From an uncultured Clostridia bacterium (lineage in GTDB: Bacteria; Bacillota; Clostridia; TANB77; CAG-508), in assembly GCA_948560265.1 (NCBI GenBank), contig CAOXTD010000001.1:73439-137438 (forward strand): a stretch of 64,000 nucleotides of DNA. Direction: 5' to 3'. Under the pieces are notes generated by a model. It was not told where the DNA came from, ran no database searches, and worked only from the letters and a program-made list of their open reading frames with translations. This document shows positions 29,199 to 38,787 of the stretch, piece after piece (within the stretch, counting starts at the first letter, position 1; the number at the start of each line of letters is the position of its first letter). Made by a program: the position numbers and the translations under genes.

Positions 29199-30983
29199 GT
29201 GAAAAAAGTAATCAGTATATTAATACTAACAGTAATGTTCATTTCTGTATTTCAAAGCATTGCATTTGGAGCAATGGAAGTGGAGTATGCTAATATTAAA
29301 AAAGGAGGGGACATTAATACAGAAGTAGAGTTTTTTGATGATGGCAGATGGTATCCTATTGAAGCGAACTATGTTTATTATAGAAGCCCAGAAGGAGATT
29401 TTCCAGCTTATTGCATTAGTAATGGCAAAGATGGTGTGGAAGAAGCAGGAAATTATCGAGTAAATGTAGATAAATTAATACTAGACGCAGTGCAACCAGG
29501 AGTAAATTATACGCAAGTATGGAGAACTATTGTAAATGGTTATCCATACAAAACGCCAAAAGAAATGGGAGTTAACACAAAAGAAGAGGCATATTTTGTA
29601 ACAAAACAAGCTATTTATTGTGTTATGTTAAAAAGAAGTATGACCTTGTATAGAGGAACTACAGATAGAGGTAAGAAGATTGTAAATGCAATAGAAAGAT
29701 TGTACATTATAGGAAGAGATGGAGGACAGAATCCTGAAGATGTTAGGTTACGTATTGCCAAAAAAGGAGATTTTGAAAGGGAAGGAGAGTATTATTATCA
29801 AACCTATACTGTAACAGCTGAGGTTGATGTGAGCCAATATGAAGTGAAAATAGAAAGCAAAGATAAGGGAGGTATATTTGTTGCAGATAATTCAGGGAAA
29901 GCAAAAACAAAATTTAAGATAAACGAAAACTTTAGAATTATGATACCAAAAACGCAAATAAATAAGAAAACAGAATTGAAAATGACAATTAATGCAAAAT
30001 GCAAAACTTATCCTGTTTTTTATGGAGTTACGACTGTAAAGGACACACAAGATTATGCCCTTACCTATGGTAATTATGGGGACTTTTCAAAGGATGCAAA
30101 ATTAATTGTGAATCTTAATACAGGGGAGTTACAAATTCAAAAAATAAATGAAGAAACTAGAGAGCCAATTGCAGGAGTGACTTTTGAATTATTTAATGAA
30201 AAAGATGAATCTGTTGGAATTGCTACTACAGACGAAAAGGGAATGATATTTTTTGAGAATTTGTATCCTGGTAATTACTATGTTAGAGAAATCGCAACAA
30301 GAGAAGATTTAACTTTAAATCCAGAAAAAATTCCTATTGCAGTTGAGTACGACAAAATTACAACAAAAACGATTACCAATAGCTACCAAAAGGGAAGTCT
30401 GAAAGTTATCAAAACAGATAAAGAAACTGCTAAACCAATTGCGGGTGTTAGTTTTGATTTACTAGATATAGATGGAAATGTTGTTCAAACTGGCATGACA
30501 AATGAGCAAGGAGAAATTCTTTTTCAAGACTTAACAGTAGGAAGATATCTATTAAAAGAAAAGAAGACAAACGAAGACTATACAGTGAAAGTAGAAGCAG
30601 TAAATGTAGAAATCGAATATAATCAAACTACCATTCAAGAAATAAAAAACGAAAAGAAAAAGGGTAGTCTACAAATCCATAAAGTAGATAAAGAAAATCA
30701 TAAAATAGCATTAAGTGATGTAATTTTTGAGCTATACAGTAAAGAATTAGAAAAGGTAATTGGAACTTATACCACTGATAAGGAGGGAAAGATTTACATA
30801 GAAAATTTAAGAATAGGAGACTATGAATTAAGAGAAATTACAACAAAAGAAGGATATGAAATTGGAGAAAACATGAATATTTCTATTCAAGCTGAGAAAA
30901 CTACAAACATAATAGTTAAAAATAAAAAAGTACCAACGACACTTAAAAAGGAAGTTAAAAAGTTACCTAAAACAGGATTTTAA
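29199..30983 (+). CDS. surface adhesin: signal peptide, thioester-like domain, four Cna-B/SpaA-type repeats, LPKTG at the extreme C-terminus
   Basis: AYCIS and TKQAIY resemble the Cys and Gln motifs of thioester domains. The repeat pattern is GSL.I.K.D.E...PIAGV.F.L...G.Y.L.E. The ORF ends ...KKLPKTGF-stop. Confidence 0.8.
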   Translation: MKKVISILILTVMFISVFQSIAFGAMEVEYANIKKGGDINTEVEFFDDGRWYPIEANYVYYRSPEGDFPAYCISNGKDGVEEAGNYRVNVDKLILDAVQPGVNYTQVWRTIVNGYPYKTPKEMGVNTKEEAYFVTKQAIYCVMLKRSMTLYRGTTDRGKKIVNAIERLYIIGRDGGQNPEDVRLRIAKKGDFEREGEYYYQTYTVTAEVDVSQYEVKIESKDKGGIFVADNSGKAKTKFKINENFRIMIPKTQINKKTELKMTINAKCKTYPVFYGVTTVKDTQDYALTYGNYGDFSKDAKLIVNLNTGELQIQKINEETREPIAGVTFELFNEKDESVGIATTDEKGMIFFENLYPGNYYVREIATREDLTLNPEKIPIAVEYDKITTKTITNSYQKGSLKVIKTDKETAKPIAGVSFDLLDIDGNVVQTGMTNEQGEILFQDLTVGRYLLKEKKTNEDYTVKVEAVNVEIEYNQTTIQEIKNEKKKGSLQIHKVDKENHKIALSDVIFELYSKELEKVIGTYTTDKEGKIYIENLRIGDYELREITTKEGYEIGENMNISIQAEKTTNIIVKNKKVPTTLKKEVKKLPKTGF

Positions 30984-31045
30984 AAATATAAAAATTGTAT
31001 ATTAAATAGAACAATTTTTAAAAATACTAGAATTACTGCAAAGTA

Positions 31046-31075
31046 TTGACTTTCAAGTGGTTTGTAGCATATAAT
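31046..31075 (+). promoter_or_regulatory. sigma-A-type promoter
   Basis: TTGACT, 18-nt spacer, TATAAT. Confidence 0.55.
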
Positions 31076-31113
31076 AATATCGATAAAAAACATAGGATAA
31101 GAAAGGAAAATTT

Positions 31114-32436
31114 ATGTTTTCACAAATACTATTTTTAATCATTTTAATCTTATTAAATGCTTATTTTGCAGCGACTGAAATTGCCTTTATTTCTTTAAAT
31201 GATGCCAAAATTGAAAAACAAGCTAAAGAGGGAAATAAAAGAGCAAAACAAATTCAGAGAATGTTAAGAAATCCAAGCAAATTTTTAGCAACTATTCAAA
31301 TTGGAATTACTCTAGCAGGATTTTTATCTAGTGCATTTGCATCAGATGCTTTTGCAGACAAATTAGCACCAGTCTTAAATAATGCAATGCCATTTTTAAG
31401 TATTGGAGTTTGGAGAAATATTTCTATTATCATTATTACCATGATTTTATCTTTTTTTACATTAGTCTTTGGAGAGCTAGTACCAAAACGATTAGCAATG
31501 AAATACTATGAGAAAATTTCTTATGCAACTATTGGTGTGATTAGGTCAATTTCTATTGTAACAGCACCTTTTGTAAAACTTCTAACATGGTCTACTAATT
31601 TAATTTCAAAATTATTTGGAGTAGGAGAACAGGAAGAAGAAACAGTAACAGAAGAAGAAATCAAAATGATGGTTGATCAAGGAGAAGAAAAAGGAGTTAT
31701 TGAAGAGACTGAAAAGGAAATCATTAATAATGTTTTTGCTTTAAATGATATTATAGCATCAGAAATTATGATGCATAGAAAAGATGTATTTGCTATTGAA
31801 ATTAATGAGAACATATATGAACTTTTAAATAAGATTGATGATTATAAGTATAGCAGAATTCCGGTTTATGAAGAAACGATTGATGATATCAAAGGAATTT
31901 TATACCTAAAAGATATCTTAAAGTTAGTAAGTATCCAACAACAATTTAAGATAGCAGATATTTTAAAAGAGGCATATTTTGTACCAGAGTCAAAGCCAAT
32001 TGATGAAATTTTTAAAGAATTGCAGAGCAATAAGATGCAAATGGCAATTGTAGTTGACGAGTATGGTGGAACAGCAGGATTACTAACAATGGAAGATATT
32101 TTAGAAGAACTAGTTGGAAATATCTTTGATGAATATGATGAGGAAGAGTTTGAATATAAAAAATTAGATGAGAATACCTATCTTATGGAAGGCAGTGTTT
32201 CACTTTATGAAGTGAAAAAGATTTTAGACATTGAATTACCAGACGGAGATTATGAGACTTTATCAGGATATTTAATAGAACAATTAGGAAGGCTACCAGA
32301 AGAGCAAGAGCACCCTATTATAGAAGATGAAAAACTAACTTATAAGATTGAGCATGTGGAAGATAGACGTATTAAATGGGTAAAAGTATGTAAGAATCAA
32401 CCAGCAGTTCCAGAAAAAGAAGAAAAAGAAAAATAA
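31114..32436 (+). CDS. CNNM/DUF21-CBS-CorC_HlyC family membrane protein (hemolysin/TlyC-like)
   Basis: Four N-terminal TM helices, a CBS pair, and a C-terminal transporter-associated domain. Confidence 0.9.
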   Translation: MFSQILFLIILILLNAYFAATEIAFISLNDAKIEKQAKEGNKRAKQIQRMLRNPSKFLATIQIGITLAGFLSSAFASDAFADKLAPVLNNAMPFLSIGVWRNISIIIITMILSFFTLVFGELVPKRLAMKYYEKISYATIGVIRSISIVTAPFVKLLTWSTNLISKLFGVGEQEEETVTEEEIKMMVDQGEEKGVIEETEKEIINNVFALNDIIASEIMMHRKDVFAIEINENIYELLNKIDDYKYSRIPVYEETIDDIKGILYLKDILKLVSIQQQFKIADILKEAYFVPESKPIDEIFKELQSNKMQMAIVVDEYGGTAGLLTMEDILEELVGNIFDEYDEEEFEYKKLDENTYLMEGSVSLYEVKKILDIELPDGDYETLSGYLIEQLGRLPEEQEHPIIEDEKLTYKIEHVEDRRIKWVKVCKNQPAVPEKEEKEK

Positions 32437-32462
32437 AATGTAGAAAGGTTTAGGTGGCATAA

Positions 32463-34214
32463 GTGAAGGGAAAGATGAAATGGGTTATACTAGGTATTAT
32501 TGTAATCATTATTGCAGTAGCGGTAGTTTTGGCTGTAAATGAAATGCAATTTGCGTATGAAATAGAGGAAATCAAAGAAATTAATTATGTGACTTTAGAA
32601 CAAGACAACAAATATGGAGTAATTGATAAAACAGGAAAAATTGTAGTAGAGCCAACTTACAATGGAATACAAATTCCAAATCCATCTAAACCAGTTTTTA
32701 TTTGTATCGGCGAGTATGATAAAGAAGCAAAAGAATATGATACAAAGGCATTTAATGATAAAGGTGAGCAATTATTTAGTGAATATGATAAAATCGAAAC
32801 GATTTCAGTAGAAACAAATATTGAAACAACTCCTTATGAAAAAAGCACTTTAATTTATCGCAAAAATGGAAAATATGGATTGATTACTTTAGAAGGTAAA
32901 CAAATTACAGAGCCAATTTATGAAGAAATTAATAGTATTAATTATAAAGAAGGTACTTTTGCAGTTAAGTTTGAAGGAAAGTTTGGAGCTATTAATTTAA
33001 AAGGAAAAGAAATTATTAAGCCAGAATATGAAACGATTACTTCAGATAATTACTATAATGAGAAAACAAAAAATAAGACAACAGGTTTTATTGTAAGTAA
33101 AAAAACAGAAAATGGTTATCGATATGGATATATTAATTATCGTGGAAAAGTAATTTTAAAAACAGAATATACAGAACTTGAAAGAATAACAGAAATTGCA
33201 AATGAAAAGGATTTATATTTTATTGCTTTTAGAGAAGGACAAGCAGGGCTATTAAAGAAGACAAAAGTAATTTTAAATTATGAGTATGAAGATATTCAGT
33301 ATAGTTCTTTAAATGATGTTTTTGTCATACAAAGAAATGGAAAACAGGGTGTTGTATCAAAAAAGGGAGAGACTATTGTTAATGCAGAGTATGATACTAT
33401 CACATTTGGTGGAATGTATATTGCTGCTAGGAAAGGAAATAATACATATTTATTTGATTTATTAGGAGCCTCTATTGAAAGTAAAGAAATTGTTAGCAAA
33501 ACAGCTACTACAAATCCAAATTATTTTATTACGGTTGACCAAAATGATATTTATAATGTAATAGACAGTGAGGGAAAAATAGTTATTGACAATAACTATA
33601 GTTATATTGAGTATTTGTCAGGAGATTATTTTATAGTAGCAAAAGATGGAAAAAATGGAGTTATTGATATTACTGGAAAGTCTGTTGTTGATTTAGCTTA
33701 TACAAGTATTTTCCGTTTAAATGATACAGAGATTATACAAGCTGAGAAAATAGAGAGTAAAACGATAGATTTATACAGTAGCAATATGCATAAAATTGCC
33801 AGTCAGGAAAATGCCAGCATTATAACAGGAAAGGATTATATCTTATTGGCATCAGATAAGGAGTTTGCTTATTACGACTTTTCCGGTAATAAATTAGATG
33901 CAAAAGATGTATTTCCAAACAATCAATTATTTGCAAAAAAAATAAATGATAAGTGGGGATTTGTTGATAAAAATGGAAATGTTGTGATTCAAAATGAATA
34001 TGAAATGGTGACTGATTTTAATGAATATGGATTTGCAGGAATTAAGCAAGATGGTAAGTGGGGAGTTATTGAGCAAAATGAGAAAAAAATGATTCAGGAG
34101 CCAGTATATGAGTTAGAGTGGACACAGCCAAGTTTTATCGGAAAATACTATCAAATTCGTAATTGGCATGGTGGTGCAAGATATAGTGCTGATGTTTCAG
34201 AAGAAGATGTGTAA
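32463..34214 (+). CDS. WG-repeat (KWG) protein with N-terminal TM anchor
   Basis: Many repeats of the G(K/R)(Y/W)G.I...GK.V..P.Y..I type. The alternative start ATG 32475 is possible. Confidence 0.8.
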   Translation: MKGKMKWVILGIIVIIIAVAVVLAVNEMQFAYEIEEIKEINYVTLEQDNKYGVIDKTGKIVVEPTYNGIQIPNPSKPVFICIGEYDKEAKEYDTKAFNDKGEQLFSEYDKIETISVETNIETTPYEKSTLIYRKNGKYGLITLEGKQITEPIYEEINSINYKEGTFAVKFEGKFGAINLKGKEIIKPEYETITSDNYYNEKTKNKTTGFIVSKKTENGYRYGYINYRGKVILKTEYTELERITEIANEKDLYFIAFREGQAGLLKKTKVILNYEYEDIQYSSLNDVFVIQRNGKQGVVSKKGETIVNAEYDTITFGGMYIAARKGNNTYLFDLLGASIESKEIVSKTATTNPNYFITVDQNDIYNVIDSEGKIVIDNNYSYIEYLSGDYFIVAKDGKNGVIDITGKSVVDLAYTSIFRLNDTEIIQAEKIESKTIDLYSSNMHKIASQENASIITGKDYILLASDKEFAYYDFSGNKLDAKDVFPNNQLFAKKINDKWGFVDKNGNVVIQNEYEMVTDFNEYGFAGIKQDGKWGVIEQNEKKMIQEPVYELEWTQPSFIGKYYQIRNWHGGARYSADVSEEDV

Positions 34215-34243
34215 TTTTAAATTGTTTAAAGAAAGGTAGAAAA

Positions 34244-35476
34244 ATGGAACTAAGTGAAGATGTAATAGAGCTAGGAAGAAAAGCAGAAGCTGAAGTACAA
34301 AAGGAATTGAAAGAAATAGATGAACTTTGCGAATATCATAGTTTACGAGTATTACAGGCATTTCAAAAGTATCATGTTTCAGATATTCATTTTAATAGTA
34401 CCACAGGGTATGGTTATTCGGATGTAGGAAGAGACACTATTGAAAAGATTTTTGCAGAGGTTTTACATACAGAAGATAGTTTAGTAAGAAGTCAGTTTAT
34501 TTCAGGTACTCATGCTTTAACAGTTGCTTTATTTGCCTTTTTACGTCCAAATGATACTATGATTAGTATTTGTGGAAAGCCATATGATACATTAGATGAA
34601 GTAATTGGAATTGTGCCAAATCCAAGTTCTCTTCAAGCTTATGGTGTAAAATATGAGCAAATTGATTTAATAGCAAATGACTTTGACTATGAAGCAATTC
34701 GAAATCGAATGAGTAAAAAAGATGTAAAGCTAATTGAGATTCAACGTTCAAGAGGATATAGTTTAAGAGACAGTATAGCGCTAGATAAAATGAAAAAGGC
34801 TATTCAAGTGATTCGTGAGGTAAATGATGAAGTCATTATCATGGTGGATAATTGTTATGGAGAATTTGTTGATAAAATAGAACCAACTCAAATTGGTGCA
34901 GATGTTATGGTAGGGTCTTTAATTAAAAATTTAGGCGGAGGTTTGGCACCAAATGGAGCCTATATTGCAGGAAAGAAAGAGTTAGTGGCATTAGCAGCAG
35001 AGAGATTGACAGCACCAGGACTTGGAAAAGAAGTGGGACCTACATTAGGAATTAATAAGCAAATTTTGCAAGGACTTTTCTTTGCTCCAAGTGTTGTAGC
35101 AAGTAGTTTAAAAACAGCAATATTTGCTAGTAAATTATTAGAGAATTTAGGATATAAACCACGTCCAAGATATAACGAAAAAAGATCAGATATTGTACAG
35201 ACAATTGAATTTGGAAATCCTGAAAAATTAATTGCTTATTGTCAAGGAATTCAAATGGGTTCTCCTATTGACAGTAATGCAATTCCAGAACCATGGGATA
35301 TGCCAGGATACACGGATAAAGTCATTATGGCAGCAGGAGCTTTTACACAAGGGTCTTCTATTGAACTTTCTTGTGATGCCCCTATTCGAGAACCATATGT
35401 TGCCTTTATGCAAGGTGGACTAACTTATCCATATGGAAAATTAGGGGTGCTACATGCAGTACAAAATATATTATAA
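34244..35476 (+). CDS. YnbB-type PLP-dependent enzyme (methionine gamma-lyase / aluminium-resistance family)
   Basis: 410 aa. The N-terminus and the GSLIKNLGG region match the family as I recall it. Confidence 0.8.
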   Translation: MELSEDVIELGRKAEAEVQKELKEIDELCEYHSLRVLQAFQKYHVSDIHFNSTTGYGYSDVGRDTIEKIFAEVLHTEDSLVRSQFISGTHALTVALFAFLRPNDTMISICGKPYDTLDEVIGIVPNPSSLQAYGVKYEQIDLIANDFDYEAIRNRMSKKDVKLIEIQRSRGYSLRDSIALDKMKKAIQVIREVNDEVIIMVDNCYGEFVDKIEPTQIGADVMVGSLIKNLGGGLAPNGAYIAGKKELVALAAERLTAPGLGKEVGPTLGINKQILQGLFFAPSVVASSLKTAIFASKLLENLGYKPRPRYNEKRSDIVQTIEFGNPEKLIAYCQGIQMGSPIDSNAIPEPWDMPGYTDKVIMAAGAFTQGSSIELSCDAPIREPYVAFMQGGLTYPYGKLGVLHAVQNIL

Positions 35477-35525
35477 ATTAGTTAGTATACATTATATTAA
35501 TTAGATAAAAGTTAGAAAGGAAAAC

Positions 35526-36804
35526 ATGAAAACAGTTATAATTGGTGGTGGACCTGCTGGAATATTAGCAGCATATAGTGCTAGTAAAAAGGGAGACCAG
35601 GTCACAGTTTTAGAAAAAATGAATTCCATTCGGAAAGAAGTTATTAATTACTGGTAAGGGTAGATGTAATATTACCAGTTCTTTTCCTATGGAAGAGTTT
35701 ATTTCTAATATACCAGGAAATGGAATGTTTTTGTATAGCTCATTTCAGAGGTTTACGAATCAAGATATTATTAAAATTCTAAAACAACAAGGTGTAGAAG
35801 TGAAAGAAGAAAGAGGACATCGTATTTTTCCAGTAACTGACCAAGCAAAAGATGTTTTAGAGGCTTTTGAGAGGATATTAAAGAAACAAAAGGTACAAAT
35901 TCAAACGGATAGAAAGGTAGAAGAAATTCTAGTAGATAAAGGCAAAGCAATTGGTGTGCGATGCCTTTTTCATGGGCAAGAGGAAAGCTATTTTGCAGAT
36001 AAAGTGATTTTAGCAACTGGTGGAAAAAGCTATCCAGTGACAGGTTCAACAGGAGATGGATATAAATTGACCGAAAAGTTAGGACATACTGTAACTAAGT
36101 TACAACCTTCTTTAATTCCATTGACAGTGAACAAGACATCATTAGCATTGTGCAAACAATTACAAGGACTTAGTTTGAGAAATATAGCGATTCAAATTAA
36201 GGATACTGAGAGAAATAAGGTAGTTTATGAAGATTTTGGAGAAATGCTATTTACTCATTGGGGAGTTTCAGGACCAGTTATTTTAAGTGGTTCAGCACAT
36301 TTACTCCGTTATCCCAAAATACAAGAATTATTAGAAAAAGATAAAGTAAAGCTTTGCATTGATTTAAAACCAGCTTTGACAGAAGAAAAGCTAGAAGAGA
36401 GAGTCTTAAGAGACTTTGAGCAAGAAAAAAATAAGGAATTTAGAAATAGTTTAAATGGATTATTACCAAATAAGATGATAGAACCAATGATAGAACTATC
36501 AGGTATTGATAGAAATAAAAAAGTGAATTCTATTACGAAAGTAGAAAGAAAAAGATTAGTAAAGTTATTCAAAAATTTTGAAATCATATTGAAGGGGTTT
36601 AGACCAATTGAAGAAGCAATTATTACTTCAGGTGGAATTGCAATACGTGAGATTAATCCTAAAACAATGGAGTCTAAATTAGTCAAAGGACTATATTTTG
36701 CTGGTGAAATTATTGATGTAGATGCTTATACAGGTGGATTTAATTTACAAATAGCTTATTCAACAGGATTTGTAGCAGGAGGATATCAAAATGAAGACAA
36801 TTGA
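35526..36804 (+). pseudogene. HI0933/YhiN-like FAD-dependent oxidoreductase interrupted by one extra nucleotide (pseudogene or recoded gene)
   Basis: A 43-codon N-terminal ORF (MKTVIIGGGPAG...EKMNSIR..stop at 35655..35657) continues in the +1 frame as GKKLLITGKGRCNITSSFPMEEF..., which is the listed ORF 35689..36804. The break is at in-frame CGG 35631..35633. Confidence 0.85.
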
Positions 36805-37426
36805 AAAAGAAGTATCAGCAGAAATAGTAGAAAAAAAATCGAAGTTTATAGGAAACCTCTTTTATGTAGGAAGTGTGCAAGAAGCAGAAGACAAGATTGA
36901 GGAAATTCGCAAAAAATATCATGATGCAAGGCACCACTGTTTTGCCTATCGTGTGATAGAAGAAAATCATGTGCTAGAAAGAGCAAGTGATGATGGTGAG
37001 CCAAGTGGTACAGCAGGAGCTCCAATGTTACAATTACTAAATAAAAATGAAGCCGTTAATGTTTTAATAGTAGTTACAAGATATTTTGGAGGAGTACTAC
37101 TTGGCACAGGTGGGTTAGTAAGAGCTTACTCGCAAGCAACTGCAGAACCAATGCAAAAGGCAAACTGGATAAGTTTAGAAAAAGGTGAGGTAATAAAGCT
37201 GCCAGTATCTTATCAAAATTTAGCTTATTTACAATATTACTGCAGAAAAAATGATATTTCTATTTTAGAAACGAATTTTGACAAAGAGCCTTATGTTATT
37301 CTTGAAATTGTAATAGATAAAAAAGGTAAATTCTTACAAGAAATAGAAGAAAAACAGTTTTGTATACAAAAAATGGAAGTTTTACAAGAAAAGTATATTC
37401 AAAAGAAAATACAAGAAAATGCATAA
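36791..37426 (+). CDS. YigZ/IMPACT family protein
   Basis: KSKFIG...HHCFAY...DDGEPSGTAG motifs. Confidence 0.85.
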   Translation: MKTIEKEVSAEIVEKKSKFIGNLFYVGSVQEAEDKIEEIRKKYHDARHHCFAYRVIEENHVLERASDDGEPSGTAGAPMLQLLNKNEAVNVLIVVTRYFGGVLLGTGGLVRAYSQATAEPMQKANWISLEKGEVIKLPVSYQNLAYLQYYCRKNDISILETNFDKEPYVILEIVIDKKGKFLQEIEEKQFCIQKMEVLQEKYIQKKIQENA

Positions 37427-37592
37427 AAATTAACACTTTTACAACAAAATGGAAAATATTTCCAAAAATACTTGCAAATTGTAATAAAGCATAATATAAT
37501 TTCGAAAGTGAAAGTGAGGTTTCGAATTTCCAAAAAATGGAATTTTAAAAATCTTCTTTGCAAAATTTTGAAGAAAATAGGGGGAAGAAACC

Positions 37593-38408
37593 GTGAGTGA
37601 AAAGATTACAATATTGGTAGCAGATGATAATAATGATTTTACAGCCACATTGTCAAGTTATTTAGAGCAAGAAGAGGAAATGGAAATTATAGGAATTGCG
37701 AGAGATGGTAATGAAGCATATAACATGGTTCTTGAATTACAACCAGATATCATTTTATTAGATATGATTATGCCACATTTAGATGGATTAGGTGTATTAG
37801 AGAAAATAGTAGATACAGATATGGAAAAAAGACCATTATCTATTATTCTATCAGCAGTAGGACAAGATAAAATTACACAGAAAGCAATTGCACTAGGAGC
37901 ACAATATTATATTGTGAAACCATTTGACATCAATGTATTAGTGAAAAGAATGAAGGAACTTAAGAATTATCAGCCAGCACAATTCAAAAATTTTATTACT
38001 CGTGAAATTAAAAATCAATATATTGATATAGCACCAGAAAGGAAGAAAGACCAAGAAAACCTAGAAGCATTAGTTACAAATATTATTCACGAAGTTGGAG
38101 TACCTGCACATATAAAAGGATACCAATATTTAAGAGAAGCCATTATGATGGTAATCAGAGATACTGATGTAATTAACCAAATTACAAAACAGTTATATCC
38201 TGAAATAGCAGGAAAATATCATACAACACCAAGTAGAGTAGAAAGAGCCATCCGCCATGCGATTGAAGTAGCATGGGGAAGAGGACAAGCTGATACTGTG
38301 GAAAATATTTTTGGCTATACAGTTTCTGCAAATCGTGGAAAGCCTACCAACAGTGAGTTTATAGCAATGATTGCGGATAAGCTAAGGCTTGAGTTAAAGA
38401 GTGCATAA
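37593..38408 (+). CDS. spo0A: sporulation master regulator Spo0A
   Basis: Receiver domain plus the Spo0A C-terminal signature [19 protein letters not shown] ... [20 protein letters not shown] start with GGGGGAAG upstream. Confidence 0.95.
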   Translation: MSEKITILVADDNNDFTATLSSYLEQEEEMEIIGIARDGNEAYNMVLELQPDIILLDMIMPHLDGLGVLEKIVDTDMEKRPLSIILSAVGQDKITQKAIALGAQYYIVKPFDINVLVKRMKELKNYQPAQFKNFITREIKNQYIDIAPERKKDQENLEALVTNIIHEVGVPAHIKGYQYLREAIMMVIRDTDVINQITKQLYPEIAGKYHTTPSRVERAIRHAIEVAWGRGQADTVENIFGYTVSANRGKPTNSEFIAMIADKLRLELKSA

Positions 38409-38416
38409 AAAGCAAG

Positions 38417-38446
38417 AAACAAGGTTGAAATATACCTTGTTTTTGT
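38417..38446 (+). terminator. intrinsic terminator after spo0A
   Basis: AACAAGGT / ACCTTGTT stem with an 8-nt loop and a T-run. Confidence 0.8.
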
Positions 38447-38473
38447 TATCACAGATTCAAAAGAATCAATTGA

Positions 38474-38502
38474 TTGACAGAATATATAAATTATGTTACA
38501 AT
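38474..38502 (+). promoter_or_regulatory. sigma-A-type promoter
   Basis: TTGACA, 17-nt spacer, TACAAT. Confidence 0.65.
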
Positions 38503-38509
38503 AAAAATG

Positions 38510-38787
38510 ATGTATATTGAAAGAGGTTGCAATTTTTAAGAGTATTACTTTTGTTAGCAGATAATTGCAAAAGTAAGAAAGGGAAAATTGCCGAAATTGA
38601 AAAGCGAAATCTGTAACTTTTCAGTTGGGCTAATGCAAAATATGTATTAGACTGTCACAAAAAATAATTGTGGGGTGCTTTCAAACAAATAAGAAATGAT
38701 TGATAGATTTTTTATGGGTTTGCGAAGGTAACTTTGCAACCCTTTTTTGATGTATATCAAATAAAAAATAAAAGGGGAATGACAATT
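38510..38787 (+). promoter_or_regulatory. long structured 5' leader with an internal intrinsic terminator (candidate riboswitch or attenuator, class unknown)
   Basis: About 280 nt between the promoter and the ATG. Several hairpins, for example TTGCAATT...AATTGCAA. Terminator GGGTTTGCGAAGG..CTTTGCAACCC plus TTTTTT lies at 38716..38748, 40 nt before the start codon. Confidence 0.4.

Noticed and set aside
38510-38787. T-box riboswitch assignment for the long leader
   Set aside because: The conserved T-box core (GGGUGGNACCGCG) and a clear specifier-loop/AG-bay arrangement are missing. Only a partial AAUUGUGGGGUGC resemblance is present.
38734-38787. TTG 38734 as the start of the GNAT-like protein, as in the ORF track
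   Set aside because: That codon lies inside the terminator stem. ATG 38788 has an appropriately spaced AAAGGGG.
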